From assembly GCA_025449535.1 (NCBI GenBank), contig JANWJF010000001.1:303344-367343 (forward strand): DNA of 64,000 nt, in the 5' to 3' direction. The translations under genes were made by a program, and so were the position numbers. Shown one piece after another: positions 26,292 through 36,142 of the stretch (positions are counted from its first letter, which is position 1; each line of letters begins with the position of its first letter). Origin of the DNA: Candidatus Saccharimonadia bacterium. Its GTDB lineage: Bacteria > Patescibacteriota > SICC01. The notes beneath the pieces were generated by a model. It had not been told where the DNA came from. It worked only from the letters and a program-made list of their open reading frames with translations, and did no database searches.

Positions 26292-27476
26292 GTGGAAACG
26301 GACAAGAAAACCCGGGAAGCGGCGACCTCCCTCAAGGGCACCCGCGTGCTTCATCTGAACGCGACGGCCAACGGCGGCGGCGTGGCCGAGATCCTCCGCT
26401 CCGAGGTGCCGATGCTTCAGGCGCTCGGCATCAAGGCGGACTGGCAGGTGATCAAACCGCCGGCCGGGTTCTTCGAGGTCACTAAGAAGGTCCATAACGC
26501 GTTGCAGGGCGACCACACCGGGCTGACTCCCACGGAATGGAAGTACTACGAGGACGTCAGCAAGGAACTCGCCGAGCGGGTCACGCCCGGGGATTGGGAC
26601 GTGATCATGGTCCACGATCCCCAGCCGGCCGCCATTCCCTACTTCCGGACGGACGCCAGCGACACTAAGTGGATCTGGCGGTGCCACGTGGACAGCTCCT
26701 CGCCGCATGACGGCGTCCGTAAGCGGATGACGAAGTACCTGCTGCCGTACAGCGGCGGCATCTTCAGCCTGGATTCCTACCGCCTGCCGGGCTTCCAGCC
26801 GGAACACCTGGCGATTATCCCGCCGGCGATCGACGCGGAATCACCTAAGAACCGGCCGATGGACGAGGACGAGGCGCAGGAACTGCTCCGCGCGTACAAA
26901 CTGGACCTGTCGCGGCCGTTCGTGGTGCAGGTCTCACGGTTCGACCAGTGGAAGGACCCGCTCGGGGTGCTCGAGGCCTGGCGGCTGGCCAAGCAGACCG
27001 TGCCGGAGCTGCAGCTGGTGTTGGTCGGCGACAGCGCCGACGACGATCCGCAGGCACCGATGATCCTGAAGGAGCTCCGGAGCGTCCAGGAGGCCCAGGA
27101 CGACGGCTTGCTGATCGTGGCCGACGAGGCGGACGATCGGACCGTCAAGGCGTTCCAGACATTGGCGGTGGCGGCGGTCCAGAAGTCGCTGCGGGAGGGT
27201 TTCGGCCTCACGGTGACCGAGGCGCTTTGGGCGGGAACGCCGGTGGTGGGCAGCAACGTCGGCGGCATCCCCCTGCAGGTACGGGACGGAGAGGATGGTT
27301 ACTTGGTGGAAACGATTCCCGAGGCCGCCGATCGGATCGCCGAACTGGCCGGCGATCCCGCTTTGGCCAAGCGCATGGGTGCCGCGGGACGGCGGATCGT
27401 CGAGGAAAAGTTCCTGATGCCGCGACTGGTGCGGGACGACCTGCGCATCATCAAGGCCGTGCTCGAGGACGCCTGA
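26292..27476 (+). CDS. Trehalose-synthase (TreT)-like GT4 glycosyltransferase, divergent from the GT4 operon.
   Basis: LHLNATANGGGVAEIL near the N-terminus and SRFDQWKDPLGV, which resemble TreT family signatures. The GTG start at 26292 is inferred; the ORF-track start at 26142 overlaps the divergent gene. Confidence 0.7.
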   Translation: METDKKTREAATSLKGTRVLHLNATANGGGVAEILRSEVPMLQALGIKADWQVIKPPAGFFEVTKKVHNALQGDHTGLTPTEWKYYEDVSKELAERVTPGDWDVIMVHDPQPAAIPYFRTDASDTKWIWRCHVDSSSPHDGVRKRMTKYLLPYSGGIFSLDSYRLPGFQPEHLAIIPPAIDAESPKNRPMDEDEAQELLRAYKLDLSRPFVVQVSRFDQWKDPLGVLEAWRLAKQTVPELQLVLVGDSADDDPQAPMILKELRSVQEAQDDGLLIVADEADDRTVKAFQTLAVAAVQKSLREGFGLTVTEALWAGTPVVGSNVGGIPLQVRDGEDGYLVETIPEAADRIAELAGDPALAKRMGAAGRRIVEEKFLMPRLVRDDLRIIKAVLEDA

Positions 27477-27492
27477 GGCCTATACTGGAACC

Positions 27493-28059
27493 ATGATCGC
27501 CCAACTCCGAGGAACGCTGCTGAGCAAGGAACCGTCCGGGGTCGTCCTCGAGACCGGCGGCGTCGGCTACCTGGTGACGGTACCCGTCTCCACGCTGACG
27601 GAGCTGCCCGCGGTCGGCGGCGAGGCGACGCTGCACACCCACCAGTACGTCCGCGAGGATGTGCTGGCGTTGTACGGTTTCGCGACCACCGCGGAACGGC
27701 GCCTGTTCACCCAGCTGATCGGAGTTTCCGGCATCGGCCCGAAGGTCGCGCTGGCGATCCTCTCGCTCTCGAATCCCGACGATATCCGCGCGGCGATCGC
27801 CTCCGGGGATGCGGAGTTCCTGGCCTCCGTGCCGGGCATCGGCAAGAAGACGGCCGAACGCGTCGTGGTCGACCTGCAGGACAAGATGGACATGGTGACC
27901 AGCGAGGGCGCGCCCCGCGGCCAGGACGAGGCCGTCGAGGCGTTGGTGTCCCTCGGCTACTCGAACGCCGAGGCCCGCAAGGCGGTGTCTGCCGTGGCCG
28001 CCGGCGCCGACTCCACCGAGGCCGTGATCAAGGCCGCGCTGAAGGAGCTGTCGTCATGA
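27493..28059 (+). CDS. ruvA: Holliday junction branch migration complex subunit RuvA.
   Basis: MIAQLRGTL...GVGY, HhH motifs (LIGVSGIGPKVALAILS), domain III. Confidence 0.9.
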   Translation: MIAQLRGTLLSKEPSGVVLETGGVGYLVTVPVSTLTELPAVGGEATLHTHQYVREDVLALYGFATTAERRLFTQLIGVSGIGPKVALAILSLSNPDDIRAAIASGDAEFLASVPGIGKKTAERVVVDLQDKMDMVTSEGAPRGQDEAVEALVSLGYSNAEARKAVSAVAAGADSTEAVIKAALKELSS

Positions 28060-29087
28060 GCGACCAGCCCGCCGAGGACCGGCTGCTCTCCCCGGCGACC
28101 TCCGAGACCGACGTGGCGCTCGACGTGGCGCTCCGCCCGAAGACGCTTAAGGATTACGTCGGCCAGGGGGACATCAAGGAATCGCTCGGGATCATGATCG
28201 AGGCGGCCAAGGGACGCAAGGAGACGATCGACCACCTGCTCTTCTACGGTCCGCCGGGACTCGGCAAGACGACGCTGGCCGGGGTGATCGCCCACGAGAC
28301 CGAGGCGTCGCTGACCACCACTAGCGGGCCGGCGATCGAGCGGGCCGGCGACCTGGCCTCCATCCTCACCAACCTCGGACCAGGAGACGTGCTGTTCATC
28401 GACGAGATCCATCGGCTGCCCAAGGTCGTAGAGGAGATGCTCTATCCGGCGATGGAGGACCGTAAGATCGACATCGTGCTCGGCAAGGGCCCGGGCGCCC
28501 GCTCGGTACGGCTCGACCTGGAACCGTTCACGATCATCGGCGCGACCACCAAGGTCGGGGCACTGAGTTCGCCGCTGCGCGACCGGTTCGGCGCTACGTA
28601 CCAACTGGCGTTCTACTCGGACGACGAGATGCGGAAGATCCTGGCCCGCTCCGCGAAGATCCTCGGCGTGCAGTCGGACGCGGCGGCGCTAAAGGCCCTG
28701 TCCGGACGCAGCCGCAGCACGCCACGCGTGGCGAACCGCCTACTCAAGCGCGCCCGCGACTGGGCGCAGACCCGAGGGAACGGGACGGTGGACGGCCCGG
28801 CCGCGGAGGAATCGCTCAAACTGGAAGGCGTGGACGAGCTCGGCCTGGACGCCACGGACCGACGCCTGCTCGAGACGGTGATCAAGAAGTTCAAGGGCGG
28901 ACCGGTCGGACTGGGCACGTTGGCGGCCGCCGTCAGCGACGAGGCGGAGACGATCGAGGAAGTCTACGAGCCCTTCCTGATCCAGCTCGGACTGATCGAA
29001 CGCACCCCGCGCGGCCGGAAGGCCACGGAGCGGGCGTTCTCCCACCTCGGCATCCAGGCACCGACGGGTCAGAAGAAACTGATCTAG
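28056..29087 (+). CDS. ruvB: Holliday junction branch migration DNA helicase RuvB.
   Basis: AAA+ Walker A (LLFYGPPGLGKTT), LRPKTLKDYVGQ, sensor motifs, C-terminal winged helix. Confidence 0.9.
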   Translation: MSDQPAEDRLLSPATSETDVALDVALRPKTLKDYVGQGDIKESLGIMIEAAKGRKETIDHLLFYGPPGLGKTTLAGVIAHETEASLTTTSGPAIERAGDLASILTNLGPGDVLFIDEIHRLPKVVEEMLYPAMEDRKIDIVLGKGPGARSVRLDLEPFTIIGATTKVGALSSPLRDRFGATYQLAFYSDDEMRKILARSAKILGVQSDAAALKALSGRSRSTPRVANRLLKRARDWAQTRGNGTVDGPAAEESLKLEGVDELGLDATDRRLLETVIKKFKGGPVGLGTLAAAVSDEAETIEEVYEPFLIQLGLIERTPRGRKATERAFSHLGIQAPTGQKKLI

Positions 29088-29126
29088 GTTGCTAATCCCG
29101 GCCGGCGGCGGTACGCTCGTAAAACC

Positions 29127-29330
29127 ATGGCAACTGTCATCATTTCTTACCTGGTGTACCTGCTCGCCATTGCCGGATTCGCGGTCGCCGGGATTTACCA
29201 CGCCCGGAAGTTCGGATTCCCTGGGGACAAGACCACCCTGGCCTCCGGTATCTACCTGTTCGCGCTGATCGTCATCATCATCGGCACCTTCGTCACCCTG
29301 GGCGGCGTCCAAGTCTCGGGAGGAGTTTGA
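29127..29330 (+). CDS. Small two-TM membrane protein (67 aa).
   Basis: Overlaps the next gene by 4 nt. Hydrophobic. Confidence 0.5.
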   Translation: MATVIISYLVYLLAIAGFAVAGIYHARKFGFPGDKTTLASGIYLFALIVIIIGTFVTLGGVQVSGGV

Positions 29331-30043
29331 TGGAGTACTTCCCCGGCCAACGCCCCGACGAGAAGATCCTGACGATCGCCCGGCCCCACTGGCTGAACCT
29401 GCTGCCCGCCATCCTGATGACCCTCCTATTGGCCCTGGCGCCGATCGGCGCCTTGATAGTGATCTCGGTGAGCGGCTTCGAACTGGACGGCCTGGACAAT
29501 GCCGTGGCCACGGCGGTCGTTTCTGCGTACTACCTGGCGTTGGTCACGTACTTCTACATCCGCTGGCTCGACTTCTACCTCGACGTCGCGATCGTGACCT
29601 CGGACCGGATCGTGGACATCGACCAGAACGGCCTGTTCCGCCGGACCATCGATGAACTCGACTGCAAGATGATCCAGGACGTCAGCGCCGCCAAGCACGG
29701 CATCCTGCAAACGCTCTTCAATTTCGGCACCGTGGAGATCCAGACCGCCGGCGAACGCCGGAACTTTACCTTCGACGGCGTACCGGACCCCAACCATGTA
29801 CAGCAACTCGTGGCCAAGGCCCAGGGCATGGGCGAGGCCGAGGAACAGGCGGATACCGCCAAGGAGAACGCGGAAGCCGCGGCGGCCAAGGCCAAGGAAG
29901 CCGCGGAAGCGGCGAAAGCGGCGGCCCGGGCTACTAAGGCAAAGGCCGCAGCCGATCAGCCCGCTTCTCCGGCGGACGGAACGAAGAAGCCGGAAAGCTC
30001 GAAGTCGCTCGACTCGCAGGACCTGCCGCGAGAATTCGAGTAG
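29327..30043 (+). CDS. Bacterial PH-domain (bPH_2/YdbT-like) membrane protein with an Ala/Lys/Glu-rich C-terminal tail.
   Basis: Two TM helices followed by the bPH_2-like segment (VAIVTSDRIVDIDQNGLFRRTIDELDCKMIQDV). Confidence 0.55.
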   Translation: MMEYFPGQRPDEKILTIARPHWLNLLPAILMTLLLALAPIGALIVISVSGFELDGLDNAVATAVVSAYYLALVTYFYIRWLDFYLDVAIVTSDRIVDIDQNGLFRRTIDELDCKMIQDVSAAKHGILQTLFNFGTVEIQTAGERRNFTFDGVPDPNHVQQLVAKAQGMGEAEEQADTAKENAEAAAAKAKEAAEAAKAAARATKAKAAADQPASPADGTKKPESSKSLDSQDLPREFE

Positions 30044-30862
30044 CTACCGTTCCGTCGAAAAACTGATCCCGGAACTGGAGATCGTCGCCGTGACGGTCCC
30101 GTGCCGGTCCGTCCGCACTACCCGACAACCAGACGCGCCCAACCGCCGTACGGTATCCGGATTAGGATGACCATAAGTATTGCCCGTGCCGGAAGAAACG
30201 ATACACCACGTTGGGCTTGTCTCCTTGATGAACTCATCGGTCGAGGACGTCCGACTGCCATGATGCGGCACTTTCAGCACCTCGGTGTCCAACCCGGGGC
30301 GGCCGAGCAAACGACGTTCCTCGGCTTCTTCCGCGTCTCCGGGAAAAAGGAACGAACGACCATGCAGCGTGACTCGGACCACGACCGACGCGTCATTCGC
30401 GTTTTCGTAGCGTCTTCGTTGCCGGGCCGTCGGTTCGAGTATCTCGACCGTGCCGCCATGGATTCCCACCCGCTGTCCCGCCGCCGTAACGAGTCTGCTA
30501 TGTGAGTCGGCCTCCACGACCAAACGTTCGTACGGCCCGTCTCCCGCCTGGTTCACGAGCACCGTCCCGACGTCGTACCGGGCGATGACGTCGACCAAGC
30601 CGCCATAATGATCCAGGTGCGGGTGGCTCAGGATGACCAGCTCTATCCTCCGATCGAACCGCGGCATCGCCTTGCCTAGACCGCGCAATACGGCACGGTC
30701 AGGCCCGCCGTCGATCAAGATTTGCGTTCCGTGGCCGTCATCCACCAAGGCGGCATCCCCCTGTCCGACATCAAAGAAACGGACGGTGGCCCGCGAATCG
30801 GAAGCTGTTGTCCAGATACTGAACGCCAAGACGCCGACGATCGCGATGGCTGCCTTAAACAT
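30044..30862 (-). CDS. comEC: ComEC/Rec2 C-terminal metallo-beta-lactamase domain as a separate ORF with its own N-terminal TM helix.
   Basis: ILSHPHLDHYGGL and KVPHHGSRTSS motifs. Overlaps the upstream ComEC membrane-domain ORF by 8 nt in a different frame. Confidence 0.75.
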   Translation of the reverse strand: MFKAAIAIVGVLAFSIWTTASDSRATVRFFDVGQGDAALVDDGHGTQILIDGGPDRAVLRGLGKAMPRFDRRIELVILSHPHLDHYGGLVDVIARYDVGTVLVNQAGDGPYERLVVEADSHSRLVTAAGQRVGIHGGTVEILEPTARQRRRYENANDASVVVRVTLHGRSFLFPGDAEEAEERRLLGRPGLDTEVLKVPHHGSRTSSTDEFIKETSPTWCIVSSGTGNTYGHPNPDTVRRLGASGCRVVRTDRHGTVTATISSSGISFSTER

Positions 30863-32234
30863 GCGCCCTTGGCCTCAGGCGGACCGCACAAAGCCCGACG
30901 GTCGCGGCGAGCAGCAACGCTATCGGACCTTTCAGGTTCCCGAACGAGACGGATGCTACCGGTAACGCGGCGGTACGTTCTACGCCAGCCAGCAACAGCT
31001 CCGTAGCCGCGGCAACGAGTACCGCTGGCCACGCGGCCACCCCCGGCAAGACGAACGAGATAGCGGTACCGACGAACCCGCCGAGCATGAGCAAAGGGAT
31101 CGCCGGCACCACGAACAGGTTCGTCAAAGGAGCCACCAGGCTGGCCGTCCCGAACGTCAGGGCGATGAGCGGCGCGGTCGTGATGCCGGCGGCCAACGTC
31201 CCAGAGACGATGCCGCTGACGGAGTCCGGAACCCATGGCAGACGGGTTCGGATCCCCGGTTCCAGCCACAGGATGCCGAGCGTGGCCAAGAAGGAAAGGT
31301 CGAATCCCAGGTCGTATCGCAACGCATGGGGTTGCAACAGCAACATTCCCGCGGCCGTCAGGACCGTGGCGAACATCGCCGCTTGGGGACGCCCAAAAAG
31401 CTGACCTAACAACAGGAAACCTCCCATCAGTGCGGCCCGTGCCACCGATGCGGAAGGTCCCACCATGAGCACGAAGCACGCTATCAAGAGCAACGAGATG
31501 ACCAGCGCCGCTGGCTTCCGACCCAGTACCCAGACGATCGCCGTGATGATGATACTGATATTGAACCCGGACAGCGCGAGGATATGCGTGGTGCCGGTCC
31601 GGCGGAACGCCTCGATGTGAGCGTCCGACAACGTCGACCTTTCGCCTATCAGGATACCCAGCATGAAGCCGGCCGTCGGTTCGGGAAAAGTACGCTCGAC
31701 TTGCCGTACCCAGGTCCTGCGGACGGCATAGAACAAACGGCTGACCGTGAGATGGCTTCCTTCGACCCGGACGTCGGCTCGGCGCAGTATCGAATGGATA
31801 CCGTCCTTCGCAAGGTAGCTACGATAGTCGAACTCATCGTCAGCCTTCGGCTCGGTCAGCTGCCCCGTCACCGATACCCGGTCACCCGGTGATAACTCGG
31901 AAAACGGATCAGTCCTGACTAATGTCCTGCCGTTCCGTCCCATCGTCTCGCCGGTCACCACGAACTGCTGGTACTCACCGCGATGCTCGGGGAACGAATC
32001 GACAACGCCGAGTATCGTTCGTTCCGTTCCCGCCACCGTGACAAGGTCGGAGACCGGCGGATCCAAAGGACTTACTAGTATCCGTAGTGCGCCGATCGCC
32101 ACACCCAGGGCCGCCAACGGGCGCCAACCCAGCAGAACCAAGCCCATCCCGACTGCGACGGCGGCCGGCAACCAGGACGCCAAGGCCACGCCGATAATCA
32201 CACCTGATGCCAATAGTAAGGCTGGTTGCTTCAT
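30855..32234 (-). CDS. comEC: ComEC/Rec2 N-terminal part: DUF4131 and the competence membrane channel domain.
   Basis: GFMLGILIGERSTLSDAHIEAFRRTGTTHILALSGFNISII is the conserved competence-domain core. Multiple TM helices. Confidence 0.8.
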   Translation of the reverse strand: MKQPALLLASGVIIGVALASWLPAAVAVGMGLVLLGWRPLAALGVAIGALRILVSPLDPPVSDLVTVAGTERTILGVVDSFPEHRGEYQQFVVTGETMGRNGRTLVRTDPFSELSPGDRVSVTGQLTEPKADDEFDYRSYLAKDGIHSILRRADVRVEGSHLTVSRLFYAVRRTWVRQVERTFPEPTAGFMLGILIGERSTLSDAHIEAFRRTGTTHILALSGFNISIIITAIVWVLGRKPAALVISLLLIACFVLMVGPSASVARAALMGGFLLLGQLFGRPQAAMFATVLTAAGMLLLQPHALRYDLGFDLSFLATLGILWLEPGIRTRLPWVPDSVSGIVSGTLAAGITTAPLIALTFGTASLVAPLTNLFVVPAIPLLMLGGFVGTAISFVLPGVAAWPAVLVAAATELLLAGVERTAALPVASVSFGNLKGPIALLLAATVGLCAVRLRPRAHV

Positions 32235-32363
32235 GCAACCATCTTACAGTACGGCAGCTTGCTAATCAGTCACGCAAGATTGCACGGATCGTCTCGTCCG
32301 CCAGCCGCTTGGTCCCCGGTTCGTCCCGGACCGTCTCCGGGGAGTCCGTCCTTTCACCCATGG

Positions 32364-35300
32364 TTACAGCGTACCGACGCTGGCGCCGGTGTAGTAGAAC
32401 TGCAGGATCTGGGCGTAGCTCTGTCCGCTCAAGGCGCGACGGTAGGCTCCCCACTGGCTCATGCCGATGCCGTGGCCGAAGCCCTTCCCGTTGAACACGA
32501 AGTTGTTCCCGCTCTTGCTGACGCTGGTCACCTGCGAGGACGGCAGTCCGAGGCGACTGCGGTGGGTATCCGCGGTCAGGGTGTAGTCGTGGTTACCGCA
32601 GCTGCCGGCCAGGCGGACCGTCCGCATTCGGTCGCCCGGGTGCTTGGAGATGATACCGACGCCGGTCACCGTGCAGCCGAAGCCGTAGTTCGAACGGATC
32701 GTCTCGCGCGAGGTAGTGTCCGGCCAGAGATGGTCGGTGTCACCGACCTGCGAGAAGGAGTCGGCCTTGCCGCGGAGATAGCTGATCGGCGAGCCGCCCC
32801 AGACGTCCTCGTTGTCCGCGGTATGACCGGCCGCGTTCGAGCTGTAGAACGCTTGCACCAGCGAGCCGCTGTACTTGACCACCTTGCCGTTGGTGGCGCC
32901 GACCGCCGTGACGTGGTTCGGCTTGGCGGTCTCGTTGTTGTACCCGTTGTAGACCTGGTCCCGGGTATCATCGTAAAGATCGAAGCTGTCCGCACGTGGA
33001 CTTTGGATCTTCCGAGCCGCGTAGGTCCGGGCCGCCGTCACCTGCGCCTTGATCGCCTCTATCGGCCAGCCGTCCGGGACTTCGCCGAGGCCACGCAGGT
33101 ACTCCTCGAGGTTGACCGAGTTCACCAGGTGAGTGCCGGCGCTGCCGGTACGGATCGCCATCGACCCGCGGAAGTAGTCCTGGCTGGCGTTGTCCGCCAG
33201 GTTCGTCACCACGAACCGGTTGCCCGGCGCCTGCTCGGCCGTGAGGATGCAGCAGGAGTTGACCGTCCCGCTCGGCAGGACCGCCTGGTAGTTCGAACCG
33301 TCCTTGCGCAGGGTGAAGTTCGTGGCCGGGGCGACGGTGCCGCGATTGGCCCCGTTGATGTCACGGATGGTGACGGTGTTCGTGCCCCGCATGGTGGCGC
33401 TGGACTGCGCGGTCAAGGCGACATCGATCGGGTTCTCGATCGTGATCGACCAATGGATGCCGATGTCCTTCATCCAGCCGACGCCGTTCACGACCGGCCG
33501 GAAGTACTCCTTGTACGTACCCGGACCGGGGTTGGCGACAATGTCGAACTCGAACTCACCGATCTCGCCCGGTGCCACGCTGGTCTCGCCGCCGACGTTC
33601 TTGGCGGGATCGGTCACGTTGCTCCCCAGCTTCACCCGGTTGGAACTGAGCCAGCCGGCCGCCGTGCCGCCGTCGGAGAAACCGCTGCCGCGGTCCTGCG
33701 GACGGTCGGTCCCTAGCCGGACCGGCGTATCGCCGTCGGACTGCCAAGTGGTATACCCCATGTTCCGCAAGCGGATGAAGAGGGTATCGGTCTCATCCTG
33801 CGACAGATACCGGTAATGCGAGGCCTTGCTCACGTAGTCGTAGTCGTAGGCACGCGTCGGCACCGTCTGCGTCCAGGACAAGCCCAGGTCGTGCTGCCAG
33901 CCGAAGTTCTCGATGACCGAGCTAAAGTATTCGGTGTACTTTCCGCCCTTGGCCGGTGCTTTCAAATCGAACGACCAACGGGCAGTCTCCCCCGGAGCGA
34001 TCGCGTTGCCCGGCGTCACCGTGCCGTCCTCGACCTTACCGACAAACTTGCCGAGCCGATTACGTGACTGCCAGGTCGCGCTGTCGTACCACGCGCTATT
34101 GTGGTCCATCGGCTTGATGGTCCCGATGTTCATGTCATAAGCCGTGTCGTTGCGCCAGGTGGCGGTGCCGATGTTCTTCACGTCCGCCGTGACCGTGCTC
34201 TTCTCTCCCGGGGTAACAACCGAAGGCGGGTTGGTCTTGTCGACCAGCTGTCCGCGGTAGAACCGGCCCGGCACCGTCGTGGTGATGTACTTCGAATGGT
34301 CTTCGAGCCAGGTGACGCCGTCGATCACCGGCTGGAAGTACTCGCGCAGGGTCGCGGTGGAGGTCCGCGGCGGCGAGGTCATCGTGAAGGCGAACCGGGC
34401 GGTCTCCCCGGACTGGATGGTATCGGTCGTCGTGACACTACCGTTACTCTCGACCCGTCCCGTGAAGCTGGTGACGCGGTTCTTGGACTGCCAAGAAGCG
34501 TTGTAGAACGGCGACTTGTGGTCCTTGGGGTGGCTAGTGCCGAGCCGGATCGCGTCCGCACCGGTGTTCGACCAGGGTTCCAGGCCGACGTTCTTGTAAT
34601 CAACGTAGACCGATCGGTCGGTACCGGAGGTCGCGGAAGCGGACGCCGACTGCCGCACCCACTCCGCGGAGTATTCCTTCACCATGGCTTGCGCCCCGTT
34701 GGCGTCCAGCCGGCCATGACCGTAGAGGTTCGTCCGGGACGCGCCGTTCATCCCGGACACCGTGTCCGCGGAACTCCGCAGGACGGTCCGGACCCGCGAC
34801 CAGGAGATGTCCGGATCCAACGCCCGGAGCAGGCCCGCTACGCCGGCCACGTGCGGCGCGGCCAGGGAGGTACCCGATGCCGAGACGTAGCTGGTGTTCC
34901 CGAGCCCCGCGCCACGAACGCTGGAACCGGGAGCGACCAGGTCCAGCTGCGAGCCGCCGTTCGAGTACCCCGCCCGGGCGTCCGAGGATCCGGTCGCGCC
35001 GACGGAGATCACGCTCGGGTTGATCGCCGGGTAGTTAATCGAGTTCGTGTACCCGTCGTTGCCGGACGCCGCCACGAGGATCGTCCCGTCCGCGATCGCC
35101 TCGGTGATGGCCTGGTCGGTCATCGCTTCGGAAGTGAGTCCGTCCGCACCGAGGCTCATGTTCGCTACGTCCGCACCGACGACTCCCGCGTACCGGACGC
35201 CTTCCGCGACATCCGAGAAGAACCCGTTGCCGGCGGAGTTAAGCACCTTGATCGCGATGATCTTCGCGTTCCAGTCGACGCCGGCAACGCCGAGGCCGTT

Positions 35301-36053
35301 GTCCGTCTCAGCGGCAAAGACGGACGCCGTCAGCGTCCCGTGGCCGTTGTCGTCGGTAGGACCGTTCGCGTCGTTCTTGAACACGCTGAGCACGTGGGTC
35401 CCGTTAACGAAGTCCATGCCGTCGTGATCGTCGATATATCCGTTGCCGTCGTCGTCGAGGTTGTTATCGGGAGTCTCGTCGTCGTTCGTCCACATCTTGG
35501 CGGTAAGGTCCTGGTGCGAGGCGTTCACGCCGGTGTCGATGCTGGCGATGGTCGTCGAGCTCGACCCCACGGTACGGTCCCAGGCGGCCGGCGCCTTGAT
35601 CTTAGGCAGGGCCCACTGGTTCGGGTAATGTGGATCGTCCGGGGTACGGGAAGCGGTGACGACGAAGTCCGGCGTCGCGCTGCGGACACCCGGCAGCGCC
35701 GAGACCCGGTCGTCGGCTTGCTCGACCGGTTCGTCGATGGACAGTAAATACGTATCGGGAATAGTAGTCCCGGTCAGGCGGTCGCCGAACTGCTGCTTCG
35801 CCGCTTCATCCCGCAGACGGACGACCAGCCGACCCTTCGCGGCCTTGGTCCGCTTGCCGTTCTTGAGCGTGACCGTCTCCAGCGGCTGGCCGTGTACTTC
35901 GGTCAACTTGTTGATTGCGTCGCCTGCCTGCCGGACGGACGGTTCCTTCTCGACCGGTGCGTCGGGAGCCTTTCCGAGTACCGTGATGGCCGCTATGCCC
36001 ATTAGCCCGACGACGGCCGCGGTGAATACCTTCTGTAGGACGTTTGTTTTCAT
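32364..36053 (-). CDS. Giant secreted multidomain protein (1229 aa): N-terminal subtilisin-like S8 peptidase, about five repeated beta-sandwich domains, and a C-terminal SpoIID/LytB domain.
   Basis: Signal peptide. S8 catalytic Asp/His/Ser motifs: IDTGV, HGTLTASVFAAE, GTSLAAPHVAGVAGL. Repeated segments of about 100 aa. C-terminal SpoIID motifs LEEYLRGLGEVP...AIKAQVTAARTYA...VYNGYNNE...FYSSNAAGHTADNEDVWGG. Confidence 0.85.
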   Translation of the reverse strand: MKTNVLQKVFTAAVVGLMGIAAITVLGKAPDAPVEKEPSVRQAGDAINKLTEVHGQPLETVTLKNGKRTKAAKGRLVVRLRDEAAKQQFGDRLTGTTIPDTYLLSIDEPVEQADDRVSALPGVRSATPDFVVTASRTPDDPHYPNQWALPKIKAPAAWDRTVGSSSTTIASIDTGVNASHQDLTAKMWTNDDETPDNNLDDDGNGYIDDHDGMDFVNGTHVLSVFKNDANGPTDDNGHGTLTASVFAAETDNGLGVAGVDWNAKIIAIKVLNSAGNGFFSDVAEGVRYAGVVGADVANMSLGADGLTSEAMTDQAITEAIADGTILVAASGNDGYTNSINYPAINPSVISVGATGSSDARAGYSNGGSQLDLVAPGSSVRGAGLGNTSYVSASGTSLAAPHVAGVAGLLRALDPDISWSRVRTVLRSSADTVSGMNGASRTNLYGHGRLDANGAQAMVKEYSAEWVRQSASASATSGTDRSVYVDYKNVGLEPWSNTGADAIRLGTSHPKDHKSPFYNASWQSKNRVTSFTGRVESNGSVTTTDTIQSGETARFAFTMTSPPRTSTATLREYFQPVIDGVTWLEDHSKYITTTVPGRFYRGQLVDKTNPPSVVTPGEKSTVTADVKNIGTATWRNDTAYDMNIGTIKPMDHNSAWYDSATWQSRNRLGKFVGKVEDGTVTPGNAIAPGETARWSFDLKAPAKGGKYTEYFSSVIENFGWQHDLGLSWTQTVPTRAYDYDYVSKASHYRYLSQDETDTLFIRLRNMGYTTWQSDGDTPVRLGTDRPQDRGSGFSDGGTAAGWLSSNRVKLGSNVTDPAKNVGGETSVAPGEIGEFEFDIVANPGPGTYKEYFRPVVNGVGWMKDIGIHWSITIENPIDVALTAQSSATMRGTNTVTIRDINGANRGTVAPATNFTLRKDGSNYQAVLPSGTVNSCCILTAEQAPGNRFVVTNLADNASQDYFRGSMAIRTGSAGTHLVNSVNLEEYLRGLGEVPDGWPIEAIKAQVTAARTYAARKIQSPRADSFDLYDDTRDQVYNGYNNETAKPNHVTAVGATNGKVVKYSGSLVQAFYSSNAAGHTADNEDVWGGSPISYLRGKADSFSQVGDTDHLWPDTTSRETIRSNYGFGCTVTGVGIISKHPGDRMRTVRLAGSCGNHDYTLTADTHRSRLGLPSSQVTSVSKSGNNFVFNGKGFGHGIGMSQWGAYRRALSGQSYAQILQFYYTGASVGTL

Positions 36054-36142
36054 GTGTGGAAAATTGCCTTAATATAGCAAAAAATGAACCCTCTGTCAAG
36101 CCCCCAGACGCCCGGGGCGTCTCGTATTGGTATCCTGGTCCC

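Noticed and set aside
32226-35747. Plus-strand ORFs of 496 aa (32226..33716) and 548 aa (34101..35747) inside the S8-SpoIID gene.
   Set aside because: Antisense artefacts. The minus frame has S8 catalytic triad motifs and the SpoIID domain.
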